64,000 nucleotides of DNA from Eledone cirrhosa (taxonomy: Eukaryota). The first letter of the stretch is position 1. Every line of letters begins with the position of its first letter. The notes beneath the pieces were generated by a model. That model had not been told where the DNA came from. It did no database searches and saw nothing but the letters and a program-made list of their open reading frames with translations. The position numbers and the translations under genes were made by a program. Of the stretch, positions 1 through 13,740 are shown piece by piece. The stretch is taken from contig OZ024765.1 in the NCBI GenBank assembly GCA_964016885.1, positions 17,050,001 to 17,114,000 on the forward strand, read 5' to 3'.

Positions 1-79
1 TATTATTTATTTTGAGAACAATACATTAACATCAGTATGAGCAGCCAGTTACAGCCGGCTTGAACAAAAAGCGGTGAAA

Positions 80-122
80 AAATTCTGGCCGGATACGGCC
101 GGTTTAAATGCTAGAGAGTTAA
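80..122 (-). mobile_element. Terminus of a TTAA-flanked (piggyBac-like) MITE
   Basis: The reverse complement reads TTAA-CTCTCTAGCATTTAAACCGGCC, matching TTAA-CCCTTTAGCATTTAAACTGACC at about 32568 and TTAA-CCCTTTAGCATT at about 50314. Confidence 0.5.
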
Positions 123-639
123 AATACTTTTGTATCATAAGACAAGGGGTGCTTTTAGGCGATTTGGTAAGATAAGCGTTAGCGGGTTATTCTTTGCCCA
201 GCAGCACTTTCATTAACATATTTCTAACGAAAAACAAAGCATTTAATTTTAGAAAATAATTAAATTTTTTTATTTTTTTCGTAAATAAACGAATTTATTC
301 AAAAGCAAAGAACAAACCTTATTTAGAAATAAAAAAATTAAAAACAAGTGGGGAAACAAAGGGAAAGATAGAAGAAAAAAAGAGAGAAAGGAAGAAGAAA
401 AAGAATGGGAAAAGGAGGGGATGGCAAGAGCTCTGGTGTCACAGAGGAGAGCGGAAGGGTGATGGAGGAGGGTGATTGGGTTTTGGTCCTAGGGCAAGGG
501 GGCAGGAGTGCTGCACCCTGCGCACAAGACGGCAAAAGCATGCCCCAACCCCCCGAACGATGGCCAGTGAAGGGATATTTAGTTATATAACTTTTTAAAT
601 CCCTATTCTCGCTTCTTATTCCTTATAATTGTGGTGTAG

Positions 640-1495
640 GGAGGAAGACTGGCAGAATCAGTAGAGCGTCAGGCAAACTGCTTTGCGCTATATATCGATA
701 GCTACGGCCCTTTACGTTCTGAGTTCAAATTCCTCCGAGGTTAGCTTTATTTTTCACCCTTACGGGGTCGATAAAATAAAGTACCACTGGGTTATTGCTG
801 GCCTTGTGCCAAAAGTAGAAACAATTATTAGGAAAAAGAAGGGCGGTGGATTGGCAGTATTGGTAGAGGGTCGGACACCATGCTTTTCAGCATAGAGTTA
901 CGGCTCTTTACATTCTCAGTTTAAATCTCATGGATATTAACTTTGCCTTTCACCCTTACGGGGGTGGATAAAATAAAGTACCAGTAATATACTGGGAGTC
1001 GATTTAATAGACTTTCCCCCTCCCTTCCAAATTGCTGGCCTTAAGAAACCATTATTAATAGAAAAAAATGGTGGTGGATTGGCAGTATCGGTAGAGGGTC
1101 AGACGCCATGCTTTGCAGCACAGTTACGTCCCTTTACGAACTGAGTTCAAATCTCGCCGAGGTTAACTTTGCCTTTCATCCGGGGTCGACAAAATAAAGT
1201 ACCAGTAATGTACTGGGTTATTGCTGGCCTTGTGCCAAAAGTAGAAACAATTATTAATAGAAAAAAGTGCGGTGGCTTGGTAGTAGAATCGGGAGAGCAA
1301 CGGACATGTTTCGCGGCATATAATACTGCCATTACGTTCTGAATTCAATTTCAACCCAGGTTAGCTTTATTTATCTTTCATCCTTACAAGTGTCTATAAA
1401 ATAAAGTACCAGTAATACCCTGGGGCCGATTTAGTCGACTTTCCCCTTCCCTTCAAATTGCTGGCCTTGTGCCTAAAGTAGAACCAGTTATTATT
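640..1495 (+). mobile_element. Cluster of four tRNA-derived SINEs (family 1)
   Basis: A box TGGCAGTATCGGTAGAG, B box GAGTTCAAATCCC, core GCCTTTCATCCTTACGGGGTCGATAAAATAAAGTACCAG and (ATT)n tail, repeated four times. Confidence 0.9.
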
Positions 1496-2124
1496 AATAT
1501 CAATGATAGTAGTTTGGGATATATATATAGTAAATATAGGCAGTAAAGACGCGGCTAATGGCCCCGGAAAATGGATCTAAAATGGCTGACATTAACGTTC
1601 TTTTTTATAGGTTCAATGAAACATATTTCATGATTCAATTATGTTTACACATGCAACACTGGCTATAAAATATAGTAGTTATATGTGTATATATAGTTAT
1701 ATATATATATCATATATATGTATAGCGATTATATTATATATATATGTATATGTATATATATTATTTATATCGATATATATATATATATATGTATTATATA
1801 ATATGTATGTACACACACACACATATATATCTATATATATATATATATAGTAATAATAATAAATTTGAAGACTAATATATATATATATATATATTTATAT
1901 ACACACACATATAAATACATATATATATAGAGAGAGAAAGAGAAAGAGATAGATAGACAGATACGATTATACGTCTTTGTTGTATATACATATGTGTGAA
2001 AGGGAGAGAGAGAGTTTATGTGTGTGTGTATGCGTATAGATAGAATGATATACATACATACACACACATGTGTATATATATGTATATATACATACATACA
2101 CGTAAATATATACACACAGACATT

Positions 2125-2128
2125 ACAT

Positions 2129-2162
<34 letters not shown>

Positions 2163-2291
2163 AATATAAATATATAAATATATATATATATATAAATATA
2201 AATATATAAATATAAATATATATATATAAATATATATATATAAATATATATATATAAATATATATATATAAATATATATATATAAATATAT

Positions 2292-2322
<31 letters not shown>

Positions 2323-2701
2323 AATATATATATATAAATATAAATATATATATATAAATATAAATATATATATATAAATATAAATATATATATATAAATA
2401 TAAATATATATATATATACATATAAATATAAATATATATATATAAATATAAATATATATATATACATATAAATATAAATATATAAATATAAATATATATA
2501 TATAAATATAAATATATATATATAAATATATATATATAAATATAAATATATATATATAAATATAAATATATATATATAAATATAAATATATATATATAAA
2601 TATAAATATATATATAAATATATATATAAATATATATATAAATATATATATAAATATATATATATATATAAATATATATATAAATATATATATATATAAA
2701 T

Positions 2702-2772
<71 letters not shown>

Positions 2773-2815
2773 AATATATATATATAAATATAAATATATA
2801 TATAAATATAAATAT

Positions 2816-2892
<77 letters not shown>

Positions 2893-2915
2893 GATATATA
2901 GATATTTATATATGA
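2125..2915. repeat. (TA)n/(TAAA) microsatellite field
   Basis: Almost pure A/T dinucleotide repeat. It is the source of the YIYI ORFs. Confidence 0.97.
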
Positions 2916-3169
2916 ATATGTAAATTCCCTCCAACGAGTCACGTGTTTGAGTTGCTGCCAATCATCTATATTTGCGTTTCTGGCTTAATTAGTTGCCGTC
3001 AGGATACCGCCTGATCGATTGATCCATCTCTCTATCCATCCATCCATTTATCTATCTACCCTTTTATCTATCTATACACATCAATCTAGCTGTCGAAACG
3101 GCCAGAGCTCAGTCGTCGGGGTCCTGACTCTTTTCCCATACATCTATCTATCTATCTATCCAGCCTTTC

Positions 3170-3202
<33 letters not shown>

Positions 3203-3212
3203 CCTACCTATT

Positions 3213-3574
3213 GAGAGAGAGGTGCTGCACCCCAGCCGTTTTTATGAAAGATGGGTGAAAGTGGCGAGAATGGCCCGCGTAAATGGGCCTTCACTCTACA
3301 TCAGACTATAGGTGAGGAAGATGAAAGACCAAGGGAGCACCCCCTCTCTGTGCTCCTGGGGAGAAGGGTTCCACACTTTTTTTCGGGGGTGTGTGCGACC
3401 CCCCAAGGCGCCTCCTCTCTATTGAGGATTTTGTTATAATTTTATTTTTTGTTATATTTTATTTTATTTTTATATATCGTTATAGCCTCCTCCTTATTGG
3501 GGACGCCTTGTTTTGTAAATTCCCCCCATTGTACTTGTCCCACTTTTGATGCCCTGGTGGCAAATAAAAGAAAC
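3213..3574 (+). mobile_element. 3' fragment of a probable L1/Tx1-clade LINE within (TCTA)n
   Basis: ORF tail ...RFYERWVKVARMARVNG..., then a 3' UTR ending in AATAAAAGAAA, flanked by (TCTA)n on both sides. Family assigned by resemblance only. Confidence 0.45.
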
Positions 3575-3606
3575 ATATCTATCTATCTACCTATCTCTCC
3601 AACCCT

Positions 3607-3643
<37 letters not shown>

Positions 3644-4539
3644 CAGCCCTTTATCTATCTATCTACCTATCTCTCCAGCCCTTCATCTATCTATCTATCT
3701 ACCTATCTCTCCAGCCCTTTATCTATCTATCTATCTATCTATCTCTCCAGCCCTTTATCTATCTATCTATCCAGCCCTTTATCTGTCTATCTACCTATCT
3801 CTCCAGCCCTTTATCGATCTATCTATCTACCTGTCCATCCATCCATCTTTCCATCCATTAATTTATCTATTTTCCCATCCATCAATCTATCTATCCATCT
3901 ATCCCATTATATTTTTTTTTTTACTATAGAAGTTTGTTAACAATAGTGTTGTTTGTCACATGATATGTCCAACGAGCCAATCACAGCTTCACAAATCCTA
4001 TTTCGACTATATGAGTGACATGGGTGTGATTAACGCTACGTGGACCACATAGCAACAATATCCAGTTGATGTCTTCCAAAAATATTCGCCTTTCGTTTCT
4101 TGTTTCTTGTTTTTATTTTATATATATACTTCGTCGTTATACAATGCAATATATACACCGACATGTTTGTGTGCGTGTATATATATATATATATATACGA
4201 ACATGGAACCTCGTTCTTCCCCCAACTCTCACATTCACATATACACACACACACACACGCACACACACATACCTAAACCCATACACAAACACCACCTTCA
4301 GTCTTCCCCGCTCGGACCCCCCCTCCCCGCTTCCTTCTCTCCTCTATACCCACCACCACCCCTACACCCTTTCACCAGATATTTATTTTTATTTTTATTT
4401 TTATTTGTACTTTAAAAAAAATTTCCTTTACTCTCTAAAATCATTGTTTTTCCTCCCATTTCTCTCCCCCACTTTTTTTAAATGTCATTTCACTACTGCA
4501 CCACACATTCTATGAACTCTCTTCCTACCCACTGTTCTC

Positions 4540-4567
4540 CTGATGAAGGCCTTATGCCCGAAACGTC
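4540..4567 (+). ncRNA. Minimal hammerhead ribozyme core
   Basis: CTGATGA-aggc-cttat-gccc-GAA-ACGT-C. The 3' strand of stem I is replaced by a C run. Confidence 0.6.
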
Positions 4568-4568
4568 G

Positions 4569-4599
<31 letters not shown>

Positions 4600-4689
4600 C
4601 AAGCGTGAAACTAAAAACCATATTTGTACTGCCTCTCTGTTTTGTGTTCTGTGTTCATTTTTTAAACTATATATATATATATATATATA

Positions 4690-4985
4690 GGAAAAGAGTC
4701 AGGACCCCGACGGCGGAGCTCCGGCCATTTCGACAGCTAGATCCGAACTAAACCAGTAGTATGAGGGCGGCAGGGACCTAGCTGAACTTATCAAGGGGTA
4801 CAGTAAACAAGTTCAGCTAGGTCCCTGCCGTCCTAATTCTACTGGTTCAGTTCGGATCCAGGTGTCGGTACGGCCGGAGCTCAGCCGTCGGGGTCATGAC
4901 TCTCTTCCTGTTATCCACTCTACTACTCTAAGTATCGAGTACTCTGGTGCCTTATGGTCCACCTTGTATCTTACCACACTTTCTT

Positions 4986-4990
<5 letters not shown>
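4690..4990. mobile_element. Inverted-repeat Penelope-like terminal element (family A) between (TA)n tracts
   Basis: Arms at about 4690-4790 and 4808-4908 are reverse complements. Carries a hammerhead fold at 4704-4799 (-). Related copies at 3086-3136, 7398-7570 and 21258-21635. Confidence 0.7.
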
Positions 4991-5029
<39 letters not shown>

Positions 5030-5076
5030 AAAAGTTATATATATATATAAGTTCTATTATATATATATATAACTTT

Positions 5077-5131
<55 letters not shown>

Positions 5132-5249
5132 AGAAGTTATATATATATATAAGTTCTATTATATGTATATATGTAGAAGTTCTATTTAAATTGTTGGGAT
5201 ACAACAAGCAAATATTTTTATAACTGATATAAAGCATTCAACAAATTAT

Positions 5250-6075
5250 TGTATGTTTTATATATATATATATATGTTTTATATATATATATATGTTTTA
5301 TATATATATATTTTATATCTATATATATGTTTTATATATAGATATGTTTTATATATATATATCTATTTTATATATATATATGTTTTATATATATATATAT
5401 TTTATATATATATATATGTGTGTTTTATATATATACATATATATATATATGTTTTATATATATACATATATGTTTTATATATATATATATGTGTGTTTTA
5501 TATATATACATATATATATATATGTGTGTTTTATATATATACATATATATATATATATGCGTGTTTTATATATATACATATATATATATATATGTGTGTT
5601 TTATATATATACATATATATATATATATATGTGTGTTTTATATATATACATATATATATATATATGTGTGTTTTATATATATACATATATATATGTTTTA
5701 TATATATACATATGTTTTATATATATATATATATATATGTTTTATATATATACATATGTTTTATATATATATATGTTTTATATATATATATATATGTTTT
5801 ATATATATATATATATATATGTTTTATATATATATATATATATGTTTGTTATATATATATATATATAACAAACATATATATATATATGTTTTATATATAT
5901 ATATATATATATGTTTGTTATATATATATATATATAACAAACATATATATATATATGTTTTATATATATATATATATATATTTTATATATATATATATAT
6001 ATGTTTGTTGTATATATATATATATATATATGTTTTATATATATATATGTTTTATATATATATATGTATATATAT

Positions 6076-6113
<38 letters not shown>

Positions 6114-6141
6114 TTATATATATATGTATATATATATGTCT

Positions 6142-6178
<37 letters not shown>

Positions 6179-6203
6179 GTATATATATATATGTATATAT
6201 ATG

Positions 6204-6292
<89 letters not shown>
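5250..6292. repeat. (TA)n field with recurrent GTTTT interruptions
   Basis: Direct reading. Confidence 0.95.
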
Positions 6293-6560
6293 GCCACTAC
6301 AGGAATTGAAGATTCAAGTACCTTAGCGGTATGTCGTATAACCAATCTCGTATATATTTTATCTGATGAAAACGTACTGAAACACCATTGAACCTTTGAA
6401 ATATGTACAATAAAATATATACTTTGGTTATGATAATATTTCTCATTTATTAATATTTTGAATAATATTATAGATACTCCAGATAAATTTTGTCGAGTGC
6501 TTCTAATCTATTGTAAACTTGAATTCTTTGAATAATCAACGAACCATATAAACTTTTGGT
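6293..6560 (+). mobile_element. Hammerhead-bearing Penelope-like terminal element (family B)
   Basis: TATATTTTAT-CTGATGA...TTTGAA-ATATGTA-CAATAAAATATA. Homologous to copies at 12640-13200, 20900-21240, 29122-29410, 39340-39545 and 40060-40225. Confidence 0.65.
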
Positions 6561-6635
6561 TATATATATGTATATATATAACGGCGATGAATTAGTTTTG
6601 AGAGGTTTTTGATATGAAATCGTGTGTCGAAACAA

Positions 6636-7382
6636 ATATTGTTATACTTGGGGAGGGTCATATTTGTGTAATAATATTGCCAGAATTAATAACAGAACAC
6701 ACTCACTGTTTGGTTGGTTTTCGCTTCTGTGTCTTTTATATCAGTTAATTTAATTTACTCAGTCCTCAATGTTGCCATTGACTGACCAACGGTCAAAAAT
6801 ACAGATATAATATAGACACAAACACATATATATAGTTTAACAAAGTTCTTTCGTTGCACATCTGCAACATCGTCAGTGGTGCTATTATGTTTCCTCCTGC
6901 TGTATTGTGTGCTTACGCCATCTTTATTTAGTCTGTTTATTTATTTGTTTTGTTTTTTTTGTCTTCTCTGCGCATGCGTTTGCGTGTGTGTCTAGTGTTT
7001 TATTTGATGTGTGTTCGTGTTTGGGTGACTGTGTATTGGTTATAGTATTCTATCTTAGTTTGCTAGTGTGTGTTTATATGTGTTTGTTGTTATTGTGCTT
7101 GTGTATGTATTTATTTATTTATTTATTTATACTTCTCTTAGGTCAGTGTTGTTTGTTTGGGTGTTGTTGTTATTCCATTCATTTTTTCTGTATTTGTGTC
7201 TATATTGTATCTGTATTTTTGACCGTTGGTCAGTCAATGGTAACATTGAGGACCGAATAAATTAAATTAAATTAATCGATATAAAAGACACAGAAGCGAA
7301 AACCAACCAAACAGTGAGTGTATTCTGTTATTAATTCTGGCAATGTTATTACACAAATATGACCCTTCCCAAGTATAACAAT
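6636..7382. mobile_element. Inverted-repeat element (family C) with about 190-bp arms and a hammerhead in the spacer
   Basis: 6636-6822 is the reverse complement of 7192-7382. Hammerhead core at 6841-6880 (-). Related sequence at 13235-13765. Confidence 0.7.
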
Positions 7383-8010
7383 ATATATATATATATAGGA
7401 ACGAGTAGGACCCCGACGGCTGAGCTCAAGTCCAGAATTAGCCGTCGAAATGGCTTGAGCTCAGCCGTCGGGGTCCTACTCGTTCCTATTACCCACTCTA
7501 CTACCCTAAGTATTGAGTACTTTGGTGCGTTATGGTCCACCTGGTTCCTTACCACATTTCCTTCGTTATATATATAAAGATGAGACAACTCATCGTCAGA
7601 ACAGCCATTAAAGCACCTAAATGCTGTGACTTGCTATATTTGGTGATCGAGGTCAAATGATAGATTCCCTGTTACTGGGATTATATATATATTTTCAGCT
7701 GAGTATACTGGAACAACGTGAAATGAAGTGTTTTGCTCAAGAACATATTACACAATCCAGGCCAGGAATGGATTCCACAATATTGTGACCTTAAGTCCGA
7801 CACTCTTACCACCAATAAGAATCGTGCTTCTGCAGTTTAGTGGAGCTAATATTACTCATTAGAGGGTCAATAACATCCAGTGTCTTTGGTAAAACCCGGA
7901 GTGGGACATGTTCAAAACTGGAGGTATGTGACTGCAGACATCTTAAGTAGTGTAGTACATGATATATATAGTTTACAGAATCTAATAAGGAAAGATTCGA
8001 AAAAAATTAC

Positions 8011-8047
<37 letters not shown>

Positions 8048-8182
8048 TTTGAGTATAAGTTGATTGGAGCAGATTGGAGCACTCGACGAAGTACGCAGGT
8101 TGGTTTGGGTACTCCGGAGTAATGTAAAATAATTAAGTCAAATATGTAAAATTTGGCTTCGTTTATTATAAATTATAGATAT

Positions 8183-8239
8183 ACTGCTATATATATATTT
8201 CGATGACAGCCATCATTGGCTGTGACCTCTTCAGGCAGT
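8183..8239 (-). ncRNA. Type I hammerhead ribozyme (family D)
   Basis: actgc-CTGAAGA-ggtcacagcca/tggctgtcatc-GAA-ATATATATAT-A-gcagt. Stem I is 5 bp and stem III is palindromic. Copies at 28934-28988 (-) and 40404-40458 (+). Confidence 0.75.
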
Positions 8240-8345
8240 GCGAATTGGTGTGGGAAAGACAGGTACACATGTTGTTGAAGTGTGTTTTACTCCGTCAATA
8301 CATCGATATATCTTGCTCCTGGTTGTATTGTTATTTCTGTCTGTC

Positions 8346-8511
<166 letters not shown>

Positions 8512-8864
8512 TACACACGTATATATATAAACAAACTGACGGTGGTGTGTTAGAAGGAATCCACGCCCTCTGTCGGTGAATATAATTAATTAGAGAAAAG
8601 CGTCGAAAAAAATTGTTGTTTCATTAAATCGATCTGTTCGATATACACATGATTATTGATATTTTATAGCATGCTTCACTAAAAAACAAACAAAAACAAC
8701 TGCTTATTGGAAAACCATTTATGTGCATAGTCTACTGGTAAGTGGTTTGGATTAACGATCATAATGCAATGGGCCCGATTCCCGGGTTGGGTGTTGTGTT
8801 CTTGAGCAAAACATTTCATTTCACATTGCTCCAGTATACTCAACTGAAAATGCATATCAGCAAT

Positions 8865-9970
8865 ATCTATTTATATCTAGGGAGGGTAAAATTCCCGAGA
8901 TCCATGGACGAGTTCTCTCCAGCGGTCTCTGCCACTCATTATTGCCGCCATCTCCTGAGACTCCAAGAGACCAGTGTCTGTCCTTCGGGCATCAACATAT
9001 GTTAACCTTGGTCTCCCTCTTCCAGTGTGTCCATGCAGAGACTCCCACAGGAGCACTGAGTGCAGTGTCAACTCTGTATGTCGGTGAGAATGTCCAGCTA
9101 ACCTCAGTCTCCCTCTTCCAGTGTGTCCGTGTAGGGGCTCCCACAGGAGCACTGAGTGCAGTGTCAACTCTGGATGTCGGTGAGCATGTCCAGTTAACCT
9201 CAGTCTCCCTCTTCCAGTGTGTCCGTGTAGGGGCTCCCACAGGAGCACTGAGTGCAGTGTCAACTCTGGATGTCGGTGAGCATGTCCAGCTAACCTCAGC
9301 CTCCCTCTTCCAGTGTGTCCGTGTAGGGGCTCCCACAGGAGCACTGAATGCAGTGTCAACTCTGGATGTCGGTGAGCATGTCCAGCTAACCTCAGCCTCC
9401 CTCTTCCAGTGTGTCCGTGTAGGGGCTCCCACAGGAGCACTGAGTGCAGTGTCAACTCTGGATGTCGGTGAGCATGTCCAGTTAACCTCAGTCTCCCTCT
9501 TCCAGTGTGTCCGTGTAGGGGCTCCCACAGGAGCACTGAGTGCAGTGTCAACTCTGGATGTCGGTGAGCATGTCCAGCTAACCTCAGCCTCCCTCTTCCA
9601 GTGTGTCCGTGTAGGGGCTCCCACAGGAGCACTGAGTGCAGTGTCAACTCTGGATGTCGGTGAGCATGTCCAGTTAACCTCAGTCTCCCTCTTCCAGTGT
9701 GTCCGTGTAGGGGCTCCCACAGGAGCACTGAGTGCAGTGTCAACTCTGGATGTCGGTGAGCATGTCCAGCTAACCTCAGCCTCCCTCTTCCAGTGTGTCC
9801 GTGTAGGGGCTCCCACAGGAGCACTGAGTGCAGTGTCAACTCTGGATGTCGGTGAACATGTCCAGCTAACCTCAGTCTGCCTCTTCCAGTGTGTCCATGC
9901 AGAGACTCCCACAGGAGCACTGAGTGCAGTGTCAACTCTGGATGTCTGTGAGCATATCCAGCTAACCTCA
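8865..9970 (-). mobile_element. LINE 3' end amplified into a 96-bp x 10 tandem array
   Basis: The period of 96 is seen at 9061, 9157 ... 9925. The unit encodes RLRLAGHAHRHPELTLHSVLLWEPLHGHTGRG, a non-LTR RT C-terminus. A single-unit copy of the same family lies at about 45900-46210. Confidence 0.9.
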
Positions 9971-11400
9971 ACACCACCATAAATATTATCAGTAGTAACA
10001 CAACCACCACCACCACACCAACTACTACAACAAAGGCATCAGCACCACCACCACAAACATCAACACCATCACCACTACCACATATATCAACACGTTATAT
10101 CAATAGCCACCACCAACACCAAAGATATCACAACTACTACTACTACCACTACCACCACATATCACTCTACATCGATATCTACTACCACCACCACTACTAC
10201 TACTACAACCACCACAGATATCATCACTCTACATTGATATCCACCACTACCACCACTACTACTACTACTACCACCACATATCACTCTACATCGATATTCC
10301 CCACCACTACAACTACCACCACCACCACATATCATCACTACATCGATATCCACCACTACCACCACAGATATCACTCTACATCGATATCCACCACCACTAC
10401 TACTACCATCACACATATCACTACATCGATATCCACTACCACCACCACTACTACTACAACTACTCTTCATCGATAGCCGCCGCCGCCGACGACGACGACA
10501 ACGACAACGACAACAACAACAACAAGCACTCTACACCGCCACCACCACCAACATCAATACCACCACCAACACCACCACAACCGCATCACCACCACCAACA
10601 CCACCAACACCACAACCACATCACCACCAACACCACAACCACCAACACCACAACCACATCACCACCAACACCACAACCACCAACACCACAACCACATCAC
10701 CACCAACACCACAACCACCAACACCACAACCACATCACCACCACCACAACCACATCACCACCACCAATCACCATCACCATCACCATATACCCCCCCCCCC
10801 CACACACACACACACACTACCAACGACGGCCATGAAATGACAGCAGATTTAAGAGAATAACTCAATATAAAGACACTTCAATGGTGGGAAAACATTAACA
10901 AACAGCTTGTTTGAAGGCGGCAAATATTAAACAACAATACCATCGCCATCATTACCGTTATCACCACCACCATCATCATCACCATCGTCAATAACACCAC
11001 CAACACCATCGTCACCACCATCGTCGACAGCAACACCTTTCACCATCACCATGATCGTCGACAGCAACATCATCATCAACACCACCATCGTCAATAACAC
11101 CATCGTCATCACCACCACCACCACGGTCGTCAATAACACCACCCTCAACATCAACACCACCATCGTCAATAACACCACCACCATCATCATCAAAAGAAAC
11201 AACATTAACAACAATAACAGTAACAACAACAACAACAACAACAACAACAAAAGCAGCAACAGCAGCAACAACAGCAACTGCAATAACAACAACAACAACA
11301 ACAAAAGCAGCAACAGTAGCAACAACAGCAACTGCAATAACAACAACAACAACAACAACAGAAATAATAACAATAATGAAAATAAACATAAAATACACAA
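9970..11400. repeat. (CAC/CAA/CAT)n trinucleotide low-complexity field
   Basis: Direct reading. Confidence 0.9.
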
Positions 11401-11749
11401 ATATATAATGAAAGAAATGTAATATTGAAAAATTCCTAAAGGGAAAAAAAACTGGCGGTGGTGGTGGTGGGGAGATGAAATAAATGTTTAAATATAATTA
11501 AAGGGAGCAGAGCTATTGATTCAATTTTATGACCTGTTCCCACCTTCTTACACCTCCACAGCACCTTATTATTTAGTTATTTTTTGAAACATAAACAAAA
11601 ATAAGACAAAACAAAACAACAAGAAATATCAATGAAGGAATTGATAGGATTTGATGTGTGAACATTGAATAATTTGTTGAGAGACTATAATATATAGAAA
11701 CCCGTGATAAATACATTGTGTAGAATGTAAAGAAACCAAAGAAACCAAA

Positions 11750-12395
11750 CAGACAACAACAACAACAACACCAACAAGAGCAACAGCAACACCAACAAGA
11801 GTACCAACAACATCAGGAAAAATACCAACAACAACAACACCAACAACATCAGGAAAAAGACCAACAACAACAACACCAACAAGAGCAACAACAACACCAA
11901 CAAGAGCACCAACAACATCAGGAAAAAGACCAACAACAACAACACCAACAAGAGCACCAACAACACCAACAGGAGCACCAACAACATCAGGAAAAAGACC
12001 AACAACACCAACAAGAGCAACAACACCAACAAGAGCACCAACAACATCAGGAAAAAGACCAACAACAACAACACCAACAAGAGCAACAACAACACCAACA
12101 AGAGCAACAACAACACCAACAAGAGCACCAACAACATCAGGAAAAAGACCAACAACAACAACACCAACAAGAGCACCAACAACATCAGGAAAAAAGACAA
12201 ACAACAACAACACCAACAAGAGCAACAAAAACACCAACAGGAGCACCAACAACATCAGGAAAAAGACCAACAACAACAACACCAACAAGAGCACCAACAA
12301 CACCAGGAAAAAGTCCAACAACAACAACACCAACAAGAGCAACAACAACACCAACAAGAACAACAACAACATCAGGAAAAAAACCAACAACAACG
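11750..12395. repeat. Compound (CAA)-based minisatellite with recurring CATCAGGAAAAAGAC and CAAGAGC modules
   Basis: About 9 recurrences of the CAGGAAAAA module at variable spacing. Confidence 0.85.
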
Positions 12396-12420
12396 CACAC
12401 ACATTGTGAATTGGGTGTAA

Positions 12421-12604
12421 GGGCGGTGAATTGGCAGTATAGGTAGAGGGTCAGACGCCATGCTTTCCAGCATAGTTACGTCTCTTTACGATCTGAGTTC
12501 AAATCCCGTCGAGGTTAACTTTGCCTTTCTTCCTTACCAGGTCGATAAAATAAAGTACCAGTAATGAACTGGATATTTGCTGGCCTTGTGCCAAAAGTAG
12601 AAAC

Positions 12605-12610
<6 letters not shown>
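12421..12610 (+). mobile_element. tRNA-derived SINE (family 1)
   Basis: Full A box, B box, core and tail. Confidence 0.9.
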
Positions 12611-12642
<32 letters not shown>

Positions 12643-12734
12643 CCAAAAGTTAAACAAGGTTCATTGATTAATCAATTAATATAGTTTTACAATAGATTAG
12701 AAGCACTCAACAAGGGGTTTTCTGGAGTTATTAA

Positions 12735-13195
12735 TATTAATTCAAAATATTAATAAATATAGATATTCAACGTAATCAAAATATATTTTATTATATATAT
12801 TTCGGAGGTACTGTGCTGTTTTTTTCAGTACGTCCTCATCAGATAAAATATATAAATTGATGTGTGACATACCTAAACTGTGCTGATAGTTCAATTCCAG
12901 TATTGGCAGTAGTAACACGACCACCACCACCAAACCAACTACAGCAACAAAGGTATCAGCATCACCACCAACATCAACACCATCACCACTACCACATATA
13001 TCAACACTTTGCAAGTCAACACTTTTCCAAACAAGACTGGAATTGAACCATCAGCACAGTTTAGGTATGTCACACATCAATTTATATATTTTATCTGATG
13101 AAGACGTACTGAAAAACAGCACAGTACCTCTGAAATATATATAATAAAATATATTTTGATTACGTTGAATGTCTATATTTATTAATATTTTGAAT

Positions 13196-13198
<3 letters not shown>
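12735..13198. mobile_element. Inverted pair of family B hammerhead elements
   Basis: About 12735-12903 is the reverse complement of about 13037-13198. CTGATGA...GAAATATATA occurs on both arms. Confidence 0.75.
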
Positions 13199-13236
<38 letters not shown>

Positions 13237-13514
13237 GGGAGGGTGATATAATAAATAAATAAATTAAATAAAAATGGCGTAGGAATTACAATACAGCGGG
13301 AGGAAACAATAGTACCACTGATGATGTCACAGACGTGTGACGAAAGAAGTTTGAATATATATAAATGTATTTTAACCGTTGGTCAATCAATGATAAACAT
13401 TGATTCCCAGATAAATTAATTATGGAGATATAAAAGATACAGAAGCGAAAACCAACCCAAACCAAACTGAGTGTGTTCTGTTATTATTTCTGGCAATATT
13501 ATAACAATATGAGG

Positions 13515-13740
13515 GAGGTGGATTGGCAGTATCGATAGAGAGTTGGACGCCATGCTTTGCAGCATAGAGTTACGACCCTTTATGATCTGAGTTCAAATCC
13601 CGCCGAGGTTAACTTTGCCTTTCAACCTTACGGGGTCGATAAAATAAAGTACCAGTCACGCACGGGGGGCGATTTAATCGACCTTTCCCCTACCCCAAAA
13701 TTGCTGGCCTTGTGCCTATATAAGAAACCAATATTAAAAT
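13515..13740 (+). mobile_element. tRNA-derived SINE (family 1, long form) nested in a family C element
   Basis: It interrupts ...GGCAATATTATAACAATATGA | ATATGACCCTCCCCAAATATCAC. Confidence 0.85.

Noticed and set aside
7836-7923. Possible exon ending GAG|gtatgt
   Set aside because: The acceptor is weak, there is no homology, and neither open frame joins the next exon in phase.
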